The notes beneath the pieces are model-generated. The model worked only from the letters and a program-made list of their open reading frames with translations, searched no databases and had not been told where the DNA came from. DNA of 64,000 nucleotides. Source: Opitutales bacterium. Lineage in GTDB: Bacteria; Verrucomicrobiota; Verrucomicrobiia; Opitutales; UBA953. A program made the translations under genes and the position numbers. Shown here piece by piece: positions 28,110 to 36,551 of the stretch. Location of the stretch: contig JAFYWY010000038.1 in assembly GCA_017546455.1 (NCBI GenBank), forward strand, positions 18,735 to 82,734, given 5' to 3'. How positions within the stretch are numbered: the first letter of the stretch is position 1; each line of letters begins with the position of its first letter.

Positions 28110-29312
28110 ATGAGTGAAAATGCCGCCGCCGAATACTATTTCATTGATGCCCGAGGCATCCGAAACGGACCTCACTCCGAGGCAGACTTCTTAATCAAAC
28201 TCACAAGCGGCGAAGTCCTTCCCGAGACTCCGGTCTGGCGCACGGGCGAGGAAGGCTGGCAACCGCTCAAAACCGTACGCAAACTCTGGTTCCCCGAAGC
28301 AGCGCAAACCGTCCCCGCCTTCGAACAGCTTTCCGCCTCAACCGGGCTCGGCTCAATTCTCTCCGAGGCCTGGAACTTCCTTTTCTTCAGAAACCATTTT
28401 TGGCTCCTCCTCGCGGGAGGAATTATTTGGGCCCTGATCGACTCCGCCGCCGGTATCGTCGGCGCCGACATCATTCTCTCGCTCGTCACGCCCTATCTTT
28501 GCTACTTCGTATTCCTGAGCTTCCTTCGGCAGTGGGACCGCGGCGAGGGCCCGGAATTCTCAGACCTCTTTCCGCTGAAGACGTTTTTCTTCCTCCCGTG
28601 GCTGCGCGCCGTCGGGGCCTCCGTACTTTCCTCACTCGCCGCATTCATTCCCTTCGCACTGGCCGCCCTCATCTGCGTCGGCGGAGTCGCCGGAGTCGGG
28701 TATAAGCATCCGGAGCTCTTTGAGCGAAATACTCAGCTCATCGACGTATTTTTGGAAGTCGGTCAAAAAGCCCAAGCCCTCGGCCGCGCCGACGAACTCC
28801 CGCAAATCACCGTCGAAACCGAACAGGATGCCGACGATGCCCTGCCCGAAATCGAATCCGCGGAAATCGTTTTCCCCAATAACGCCGCGCTCACCGAAGA
28901 ACTTGCCGTCAACGCGGAAATCTTGGAAGAAGCCGCCGAAAGCTACGCGGAAATGGCGGAAATCGTCTTCGAATCGCCGATTTTCTGGATTGCGGCAGTG
29001 CTCTCGCTCCCGTTTGTCGCGCTCGGCATTTTCCTGAGCGTCCGCCTCTCCTTGGCGACTTACCTCCCGCTCGACACGGAATTGGGCGTCATCGACTCCC
29101 TCAAATATTCCTGGAAACTGACCGCCGGAAACTTCCTGAAAATCTTTGTCCTCAGCGTCCTGGTCTTCTTCGGCGTAATTTTCGGAACGCTGCTCACACT
29201 CGGGTTCGCCCTCTTCGTCCTCTATCCGTACGCCCTCGCCGTCGGCGTTGTCCTCTACGCCAAGCTGGTTAAATCCCGTCCGGATCTGGCCGTTCCGCCT
29301 TCCCGCCTCTAG
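28110..29312 (+). CDS. GYF_2-domain (DUF4339-like) multi-pass membrane protein
   Basis: I trimmed the track ORF (TTG at 27987) to the ATG at 28110. The N-terminal YYFIDARGIRNGPHSEADFLIKLTSGEVLPETPVWRTGEEGWQPL fits the GYF_2 pattern. Several hydrophobic helices follow, split by an acidic insert (ITVETEQDADDALPEIESAEI). Confidence 0.7.
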   Translation: MSENAAAEYYFIDARGIRNGPHSEADFLIKLTSGEVLPETPVWRTGEEGWQPLKTVRKLWFPEAAQTVPAFEQLSASTGLGSILSEAWNFLFFRNHFWLLLAGGIIWALIDSAAGIVGADIILSLVTPYLCYFVFLSFLRQWDRGEGPEFSDLFPLKTFFFLPWLRAVGASVLSSLAAFIPFALAALICVGGVAGVGYKHPELFERNTQLIDVFLEVGQKAQALGRADELPQITVETEQDADDALPEIESAEIVFPNNAALTEELAVNAEILEEAAESYAEMAEIVFESPIFWIAAVLSLPFVALGIFLSVRLSLATYLPLDTELGVIDSLKYSWKLTAGNFLKIFVLSVLVFFGVIFGTLLTLGFALFVLYPYALAVGVVLYAKLVKSRPDLAVPPSRL

Positions 29313-30721
29313 TTTTCCCGCAGGCGGATGGCGGCCTCCTCCTTCGGCCAACCCTCCTCGTCAAGTGCTCCACCAAACTTACTGCTTTGCGGAAAAACAA
29401 CCAACGTCTGCGGATCGATTGCATAAGCGGATTCCTCCGGAAGTCCCTCTGCCCACGGAAAATACGTCGGAACGGCTTCCAGATACCTAGGCACAAGAGC
29501 AGAAAGATCCTGCGGAAACGCTCCGGTCGCCTGACGAAACTCGTAACTGGCTAGCACAAGTTTCGCCATGGAGACCCGATACCGGTACTTCGCTCGCAAA
29601 GAAAGGAATGATTGCCCCAGAGAGAACATTCCCCAATCCTCATCTTCAAAACTATCAAAGTACCCGTAGATATTAATATAAGAGCGAAACCTCCGATAAG
29701 GGTCTTTTTGGCGCTTCTTGCATTTTTGGGCAATCTCCTCCAAGGGAAGGCGAGCTTCTACAGCCGGCAACAGAGAGATCCACTCCTTTACCCAAACCTT
29801 TTTTAAGCCTTGCAATCGGAAACGCTCCCAAGAGCCATTGTTCCCGACAGGCCAGCTCATCCAAGGTCCATCACCGCCTCCAAGCAGATAATCAAAACAA
29901 GCAACTCCCCAGTTAAGCTCCCGCCGCAAAGCTTCATGAAAATCGGGCACTTCCCTTTCCGTAGCAACAAGGCATGCCTTGAGAGACTCAACGGTCTCCG
30001 CATCGGGCAGTTTTTTAGCTAAGAAGAACTCAGCAATTTCATTTTCGAGAAGTCCCCGCCACGCCATCGGAAGCGCCATCGAGAACAAACAGGACGCTTC
30101 ACGCTCACGAAAACGCAACAACGCATGCAATTTCGTAAAATATTTTCGCGCGGCTACGGGATTACCCGCCTCCAGCTCTAAGCGGATTTTCAAACGAGCA
30201 ATCCAGATAAACTCTCCACAGTAAAAAGGCGGATCCAAAAACGGCTCTCTATGCAAACGGACAATGCTTTCCCGAAAATCCTCTTCCTCTTCAAAGATTG
30301 CCCACAACTCACGATTTTCCGGCAAATTGACAATTTTCTGAACCGCGATCGCATCCCAAGGGATCGTGTGATTCAAAAACATTACGGTAATTTCAGAAAT
30401 TACCTCTCCGGGAGAAACGTCTCCATTCGCCAAAATTTCAACATCCCTATGCTTCCCGTAAGCTCCCGCCCAAATACGCTCTTTAATATATGATGCAACG
30501 GCAACCTGCTCGTCACTCGCCTCCGCGTCTTCGCGTGCCGCCGCTCTCTTCGCATACTCTAAGAAGCGAAGCGTCCCCGCACCGTCAACGGAACCAGGGG
30601 AATCCAATCGCAACGGCGTGTCGTCCGGCATCGGCTCCAACGCCGGCCAAATCGTATAAATTGCCAAAGCTCCAATGAGCCCGCCGACAGTAAGAAGTGT
30701 TCGTTTTGAGAAGAGTTTCAT
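29309..30721 (-). CDS. Hypothetical protein with an N-terminal transmembrane or signal segment
   Basis: 470 aa with an ATG start. MKLFSKRTLLTVGGLIGALAIYTIW is a hydrophobic N-terminus. The rest is helix-rich. The C-terminal ...YEFRQATGAFPQDLSALVPRYLEAVP... resembles a recurrent but uncharacterised motif of PVC/Acidobacteria envelope proteins (from memory, unverified). Confidence 0.6.
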   Translation of the reverse strand: MKLFSKRTLLTVGGLIGALAIYTIWPALEPMPDDTPLRLDSPGSVDGAGTLRFLEYAKRAAAREDAEASDEQVAVASYIKERIWAGAYGKHRDVEILANGDVSPGEVISEITVMFLNHTIPWDAIAVQKIVNLPENRELWAIFEEEEDFRESIVRLHREPFLDPPFYCGEFIWIARLKIRLELEAGNPVAARKYFTKLHALLRFREREASCLFSMALPMAWRGLLENEIAEFFLAKKLPDAETVESLKACLVATEREVPDFHEALRRELNWGVACFDYLLGGGDGPWMSWPVGNNGSWERFRLQGLKKVWVKEWISLLPAVEARLPLEEIAQKCKKRQKDPYRRFRSYINIYGYFDSFEDEDWGMFSLGQSFLSLRAKYRYRVSMAKLVLASYEFRQATGAFPQDLSALVPRYLEAVPTYFPWAEGLPEESAYAIDPQTLVVFPQSSKFGGALDEEGWPKEEAAIRLREN

Positions 30722-30847
30722 CTCCCGCTAAACTAACAAGGATCTCTCCCAAAGAAAAGTTTTTAAACGGACGGGAAAAGGCCTCGAGCGCTTTCTCTTG
30801 CTTTTCGGGGAAGAGAATGAAATGCTTTGCGCCCGTTTTTTTCAAAA

Positions 30848-32674
30848 ATGAAGGCCATCAGAAACATCGCAATCATCGCTCACGTCGACCACGGGAAGAC
30901 CACCCTCGTCGACAAAATCATCCAGCAGGCGAAAATGTTTCGCGACAATCAGGAAATGCACGAGTGCTTTCTCGACAGCAATGACCTGGAGCGGGAACGC
31001 GGTATCACGATTCTTTCAAAGAATATTTCCATTCAGTACAAGGGCGTAAAAATCAATGTCATCGACACCCCCGGGCACAGCGACTTCGGCGGCCAAGTCG
31101 AGCGCGTCCTAAATCTGACCGACGGCGTCATCCTGCTCGTCGATTCCGCCGAAGGACCGATGCCGCAGACGCGCTTCGTACTTGAAAAAGCCCTGCGCCT
31201 CGGCAAAAAGGCCATCGTCCTTGTTAATAAAATAGATAAACCGGACGCCCGCCCGACGGAAGTCGTCAATTCCGTCTTCGACCTGTTCTGCGAGCTCAAC
31301 GCCAACGAAGACCAGCTCGACTTCCCCTTGCTCTACGCGAGCGGCCGCGACGGCTGGGCGGTTAAAGACCTAGAAAACGACCCGCGCACGTCCATCGTTC
31401 CGCTTTTGGATGCCGTGCTTGAGCACATCCCGGCACCGGCCGTCGTCGAAGGCCCGCTACAGATGCAGATTGCGACCTTGGACTACTCGGACTACGTCGG
31501 CCGTATCGGCATCGGCCGCGTCGCCCGCGGAACAATCCGCCTGAACTCGCCCGTCGTCGTACTCGACCGCGACGGCAAAGCGCGCAACGCCCAAATCAAA
31601 CAGCTGTTCACCTTTGAAGGCTTGGACCGCCAGGATTGCGATAGCGTCGAATGCGGCGACATTTGCGGCGTGGTCGGCATTGAAGATATTTACGTTTCGG
31701 ACACGATTGCGGACGCGGAAACGCCGGAAATGCTCCCGCCGATCGCCATCGACGAGCCGACGATTTCCATGGTCTTCCGCGTGAATGACTCGCCGTTTTT
31801 CGGTAAAGACGGAAAATTCGTCACCGCCCGCCACATCCGCAACCGCCTCCTGAAAGAATCGCAGAGCGACGTCGCCCTGCGCGTGAAGGAAGCGGGGAAC
31901 GGCGGCGAGATGTTCGAAGTCGCCGGACGCGGGGTGCTGCATATTTCCATCCTGATCGAAACAATGCGACGGGAGGGCTTTGAGCTCGCCGTCTCGCGCC
32001 CCCGCGTCATCACGAAAGTCGTGGACGGCGTTTTACACGACCCGATGGAACAGCTGACAATCGATGTTCCCGAGGAATTCGCCGGCAACGTCATCACGCT
32101 TGTCGGCCAGCGCCGCGGCGAGATGAAACACATGGAAACGCGCGGCAACCGCCAGCTCATCGAATTCACGATTCCCACGCGCGGCATCATCGGCCTGCGT
32201 TCGAAAATCCTCACGGCCTCGGCGGGAGAAGCGATTGTTTCGCACCGCTTCGACCACTACGCGCCGTTTAAGGGAGATATTCCCGCGCGCGTGAACGGCT
32301 CAATGGTTTCACTCGGCCAAGGCAAGGCGGTCGCCTACGCAATCGACGCCCTTCAGTTGCGCGGAACATTTTTCATCGACCCCGGAGAAGAAACTTACGA
32401 AGGCATGGTCGTCGGCGAACACTGCAAGGACAAAGACCTGCCGGTCAATCTTCAAAAAGGAAAAGAACTCACGAACATGCGTGCGGCGGGCAGCGACCGT
32501 AAGATGAAGATTGCCCCCGCGACCAAGCTCTCGCTCGAACAGGCCCTGGAATACATCGCGGACGACGAACTCGTCGAAGTCACGCCGCATTTCATCCGTC
32601 TCCGCAAAATCCACCTGACGGAAGAAGGCCGCAAACGCGCCGCCAAGGCCCTCAAAGACGGAATCGCCGTCTAA
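30848..32674 (+). CDS. typA: Translational GTPase TypA/BipA
   Basis: I trimmed the start from TTG 30827 to ATG 30848, giving MKAIRNIAIIAHVDHGKTTL. DTPGHSDFGG and NKIDK are present. Length is about 608 aa. Confidence 0.95.
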   Translation: MKAIRNIAIIAHVDHGKTTLVDKIIQQAKMFRDNQEMHECFLDSNDLERERGITILSKNISIQYKGVKINVIDTPGHSDFGGQVERVLNLTDGVILLVDSAEGPMPQTRFVLEKALRLGKKAIVLVNKIDKPDARPTEVVNSVFDLFCELNANEDQLDFPLLYASGRDGWAVKDLENDPRTSIVPLLDAVLEHIPAPAVVEGPLQMQIATLDYSDYVGRIGIGRVARGTIRLNSPVVVLDRDGKARNAQIKQLFTFEGLDRQDCDSVECGDICGVVGIEDIYVSDTIADAETPEMLPPIAIDEPTISMVFRVNDSPFFGKDGKFVTARHIRNRLLKESQSDVALRVKEAGNGGEMFEVAGRGVLHISILIETMRREGFELAVSRPRVITKVVDGVLHDPMEQLTIDVPEEFAGNVITLVGQRRGEMKHMETRGNRQLIEFTIPTRGIIGLRSKILTASAGEAIVSHRFDHYAPFKGDIPARVNGSMVSLGQGKAVAYAIDALQLRGTFFIDPGEETYEGMVVGEHCKDKDLPVNLQKGKELTNMRAAGSDRKMKIAPATKLSLEQALEYIADDELVEVTPHFIRLRKIHLTEEGRKRAAKALKDGIAV

Positions 32675-32707
32675 ACGTCCGGCAGGCACATAACTCTCTA
32701 CTAAGGA

Positions 32708-32923
32708 ATGATAAGCAATAACGATAAAATCACGCGCGGAATTCCCGCCCTCTGCAACCTCTTAGGCAAATACTCGAGCGCCGCCCTGCTGTTTTGGGCC
32801 GTTTTCTGCATCTTTAAATTCTTCTTTGTTCAATTCGGAATCGTCATCGGCGCCGCCGGACTGCTCTGCGCCATACTCACCGTTTCCCTCATCATCATCC
32901 TGCCTTTTCTCGCAAAACGATAA
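32708..32923 (+). CDS. Possible small two-helix membrane protein
   Basis: 71 aa with an ATG preceded by aagga. It has two hydrophobic stretches (AALLFWAVFCIFKFFFV and IVIGAAGLLCAILTVSLIIILPFL). I recognise no family. Confidence 0.35.
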   Translation: MISNNDKITRGIPALCNLLGKYSSAALLFWAVFCIFKFFFVQFGIVIGAAGLLCAILTVSLIIILPFLAKR

Positions 32924-33004
32924 GGTCTTCCCGGCAAAAATTGTCGGCCGCAAATCTTAATTGCATTTGCGCCGCGGGCAGATTCGCGCATAATCATTCG
33001 TTAA

Positions 33005-35848
33005 ATGAATTCGGCGTTAAAAAGAGGCGGACTCGGAATCCTGAAAAAACTTGCACTAAACATTTTTTTTGCGGGAAGCCTATTTGTCGCGGGAAGCCTC
33101 GCCGGACGAGCCGAAACAACGACTCCGGACTTGAGTCCGCTCGCCGTCGAAGCCGCACGTGACGCCAAGATCCGCGCCGACGCCATCCTCGCGCGCAACG
33201 CCCTTCAGAGCGGCCTCATCGGTCTCGCAATTAATTTTACCGATGACATTTTGTCCCGGGAAAGCGAACTTTCGGACACCCGCCGCGACATCGCCCTGCT
33301 CATCCGCGCATCGGCACAAATCGACGGCGGCAATTTCGACGAGGCCGAAAAAACACTCGCCGAAGTCCGCATCGAATCCTCCGCCAAAACGCTCCGCCTC
33401 GCCTGGATCAAAATCGGCAAGTCCGAGTTTTGGAAAGCCGGCGAAATTATCCGCCTCGTCAAAGCCGACGAACTTTCGGAAGGCGACCGCGTCTGGTTGG
33501 AATTAGCACAGGGGATTTTAGCCAAGCAATCGGGAAGTACCGATGATGCCGGCGTCCGGAAAATTTTTGAAAGCGTCATAAAAAAGGGCATTAACCCGGC
33601 CCAGCGCTCGCAATTCGAATATGTCCAAACCTGGGCAAACGCGACCTTCGTCCCCGAGCTTTCGGAAGAAGAAATCGTGGTCTTGCGGGAGCAGGCCGTC
33701 CGAGCCAAAGGAACGCGGGAAGGTGCCCGCCTCTCCAAGCTCCTCGCCCTTTCGATTAACCGGAAGGCCCACGGCGACAACGCATCCGAAACGCGTGCCG
33801 AAGCCCGCCGGGCTCTCCTCGACGCGGGAACGGTCCCGCCGGATCTGCGTCCCGAATTCGATTTCCTCGAAGGCATCCTTCAGGACTCACCAAGCTCCGT
33901 CGCCGCCCGCCGCGCGTTCATGCGCGTCATCCGCAGCCGCCCGGACCTTCCGCTCCAGGATGCCGCCGTCGCCGGGCTCTACCGCCACGTCAGTAAGCTC
34001 ATCGAAAACAACGAGCGCGATGCGGCCATTGTCGCCGTCGGTGAAATCAACGACTTTTTTGAGGAAGCCCAAAGCGAATCCGGAACCCTTCACACCGGCG
34101 CCAAGACCGGAGATGCCGTCAGGTTGGCACCCGATCCGCGCCTGCTCGACCTTGAGCTCTTCCTCCGCGCCCGCATTTCCAAACTCGTCGGCGACGACCT
34201 GCGCGTCGAGCAGTTGGCCAATGAACTGCTCGAAAAATGCCCGACAAGTCCGCTCGTCCCCGACGTCCTCCGCCTGCTTACAATCGAAGCGATGAGCCGC
34301 CGCGAATACCGCCGCGCCGTCCCCTACCTTGAAAAGCTGCGCGACTCCGAAACCTCGGAAGCTGAAAAAGCCAAAATCAGCATCATTCTCGCGGACTGCC
34401 ACTTCCTCAGCGGAGACTACGACCTCGCCGACGACGTCTATTCACGCACCGAACTCAAGGAATACGCAGGCGTAGTATTCTCCCAGCGCGTTCTCTGCGA
34501 CATCCGATCCGGCAAATTCGACTCCGCAGAAGCCCTGATCGAAGCCCAGAAAAAAGCGCCGGCAAGCTTTGACCGCGACTGGATTTTCCGCGCCGAATGC
34601 AATCTCATCGAGCATCTCCGTAAGACCGGAAACTTAGACGAAGCCGCCGCTCAATGCCTCCGCTTCCTCGACCAAAAGGACGTCCCCAATGCCTATCGCA
34701 TTCGCGTCCTGTGGGCCCAAGCCCTGCTCGCAATCGAACAAAGTATCCCGGAAATCGCCGTCTCCGCCGCGGATGAAATCTCCCGCATCCTGGAAGACCA
34801 AAGCCGAGAGAACACCTTTTCCCTTCCCAAAACACTCGAGACACTGAAGTCCGACGCCATGCTACTCAAGGCACGCGCTCTCTTGCGCGGCGGCGATCTG
34901 CCGGCGGCCCGCAAGCAACTCGACGACCTGAGAAGCGCCTTTCCGGAAAGCAACGCCGCCGTCATTTCTTACCTCGACGAAGGTCGTGCCCTCGCGGAAA
35001 AAAGTCTGCAGTTCGACGCGCTGAACTGCTTCGAGCGCCTGATTGATTACTGCGAACGCAATCCGAAGTTTTCCAATTACGCGCCCGCCGCCTACTCGGA
35101 AGCCGCTCAGCAGGAAGTTTCGCTCGGTCGCACCCGCGAAGCCATCGACCGCCTGGCCCTGCTCCTGAAAAAGCACGGAAACGACCGCCTCAAGGAGACC
35201 ATCCGTATGCGTCAGGCCGATCTCTTCCGCCTGCTCAACGACTTCGAATCCGCGCTCGCCATCTACGACCAGCTCTATCTCCACTACGCCCAGGAAGCCA
35301 AGGTCCCGGACCACGTCAACCTCGAGCGCATCGCGATCGCCCGGGCGGACTGCCTCTTGGCGCTGGCCTCCGGCATCCGCAGATCCGACGATGCCGAAAC
35401 CCGCGCCGAGCTTCAGGAAGCCATGCGCAAGGCCATCAACGCGTACGAAAAAATCTGTGAATCCCCGCTTTCCTCTGCCGAAATCTGTGCCGAAGCCGGA
35501 AACAAATGGGGCTACGCGACGGCGGAATTTGTCCGTCTGCTCGAAAATCCGAGCGAAAGCTCCAAGCTTCAGGCCAATACGGAAGCACGGAAAGTCTATT
35601 GGCGCGTCATCAACTCCGTCATCTCGCGCGCCTCGAAGGGTGGCGTGGACCCCTCGGAAAACTGGGGCGTTTCGACCGGCTACTGGCTCGCCCGCAGCTT
35701 CTTTGCCATCGCGGATCTCTGCGAAAAGGCCGGCGACTACGCGGAAGCCCGCAAAGCTTACGAGCAGGTGAAAAACTGGAGCGCCCGCGGCTGGATGCCC
35801 GGCTCCGAGTACGCGCGTTCCCGCGAAGAGGCCATCCGCGACAAATAA
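33005..35848 (+). CDS. Large secreted alpha-helical repeat (TPR-like) protein
   Basis: 947 aa with an ATG start. It has a signal-peptide-like N-terminus (LALNIFFAGSLFVAGSLAGRAE). The body is a long A/L/R/E-rich helical repeat typical of TPR/Sel1-like scaffolds. The TPR assignment is by eye and tentative. Confidence 0.6.
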   Translation: MNSALKRGGLGILKKLALNIFFAGSLFVAGSLAGRAETTTPDLSPLAVEAARDAKIRADAILARNALQSGLIGLAINFTDDILSRESELSDTRRDIALLIRASAQIDGGNFDEAEKTLAEVRIESSAKTLRLAWIKIGKSEFWKAGEIIRLVKADELSEGDRVWLELAQGILAKQSGSTDDAGVRKIFESVIKKGINPAQRSQFEYVQTWANATFVPELSEEEIVVLREQAVRAKGTREGARLSKLLALSINRKAHGDNASETRAEARRALLDAGTVPPDLRPEFDFLEGILQDSPSSVAARRAFMRVIRSRPDLPLQDAAVAGLYRHVSKLIENNERDAAIVAVGEINDFFEEAQSESGTLHTGAKTGDAVRLAPDPRLLDLELFLRARISKLVGDDLRVEQLANELLEKCPTSPLVPDVLRLLTIEAMSRREYRRAVPYLEKLRDSETSEAEKAKISIILADCHFLSGDYDLADDVYSRTELKEYAGVVFSQRVLCDIRSGKFDSAEALIEAQKKAPASFDRDWIFRAECNLIEHLRKTGNLDEAAAQCLRFLDQKDVPNAYRIRVLWAQALLAIEQSIPEIAVSAADEISRILEDQSRENTFSLPKTLETLKSDAMLLKARALLRGGDLPAARKQLDDLRSAFPESNAAVISYLDEGRALAEKSLQFDALNCFERLIDYCERNPKFSNYAPAAYSEAAQQEVSLGRTREAIDRLALLLKKHGNDRLKETIRMRQADLFRLLNDFESALAIYDQLYLHYAQEAKVPDHVNLERIAIARADCLLALASGIRRSDDAETRAELQEAMRKAINAYEKICESPLSSAEICAEAGNKWGYATAEFVRLLENPSESSKLQANTEARKVYWRVINSVISRASKGGVDPSENWGVSTGYWLARSFFAIADLCEKAGDYAEARKAYEQVKNWSARGWMPGSEYARSREEAIRDK

Positions 35849-35869
35849 TTTTCCCGTAACACGATTTTT

Positions 35870-36535
35870 ATGAACACAGAACCCTATCAGTTTTATTTCC
35901 TGAGCGACGGCGGTCCGTTTGTTTGGGTGCTCCTCGGAATCGGACTCTTCGGACTTGTTTTTCTGATTGAACGCGGCCTCTACCTCCACCGCCGCCAAAT
36001 CCCCTCCCGCGAGTTTTTGGGCGGAATCTTTAACAATCTCCGCAAGGGACGCTACATCGAAGCGCTGACGGTCTGTGAAAACACGGAAGGCCCCGTCGCC
36101 CGCGTCGTCAAAGCCATCCTGCTCCACCGCTCGGAAAGCGAAGAACGTATGCGCCTCGCCGCCGAAGAAGCGGCCATCGCGGAAATCCCCGCCCTTGAGC
36201 GCCGTGCGGGAACCCTCAACACCCTCGCCAAAATCGCTCCGCTCGTCGGTCTCGCCGGGACCGTCTTCGCCCTGCTCCGCGCATTTCTGCATATGGTCGC
36301 CTCCGGCCACTATGCCACCGCCGACCTCTTTTCCGCCGACATCGCCCAAGCGCTTGCCGCCACCGGCCTCGGCCTCATCATTGCCATCGTACTCCAGCTC
36401 GGCCACCACTTTATTTCCGGACGCATCCGCGCGCTGACCTACGATATCGATAAAACCGCAATCGCCGTTATCCGCTTTCTGAATTACGAAATTCACCTTC
36501 CGGAATCGGATTCCGACGCGTCCCCCGAACAATAG
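35870..36535 (+). CDS. MotA/TolQ/ExbB-family proton channel protein
   Basis: 221 aa. It has an N-terminal TM segment (FVWVLLGIGLFGLVFLIERG) and the family core LAKIAPLVGLAGTVFALLRAF plus DIAQALAATGLGLIIAIVLQL. It starts 21 nt after the TPR-like gene. No ExbD/TolR-like gene follows. Confidence 0.8.
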   Translation: MNTEPYQFYFLSDGGPFVWVLLGIGLFGLVFLIERGLYLHRRQIPSREFLGGIFNNLRKGRYIEALTVCENTEGPVARVVKAILLHRSESEERMRLAAEEAAIAEIPALERRAGTLNTLAKIAPLVGLAGTVFALLRAFLHMVASGHYATADLFSADIAQALAATGLGLIIAIVLQLGHHFISGRIRALTYDIDKTAIAVIRFLNYEIHLPESDSDASPEQ

Positions 36536-36551
36536 AGCTTAAACGCGCGAC

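Noticed and set aside
34862-36532. 556-aa minus-strand ORF spanning the TPR-like and ExbB-like genes
   Set aside because: It crosses the intergenic gap between two well-supported plus-strand genes. It is Gly/Arg/Ala-rich without motifs.
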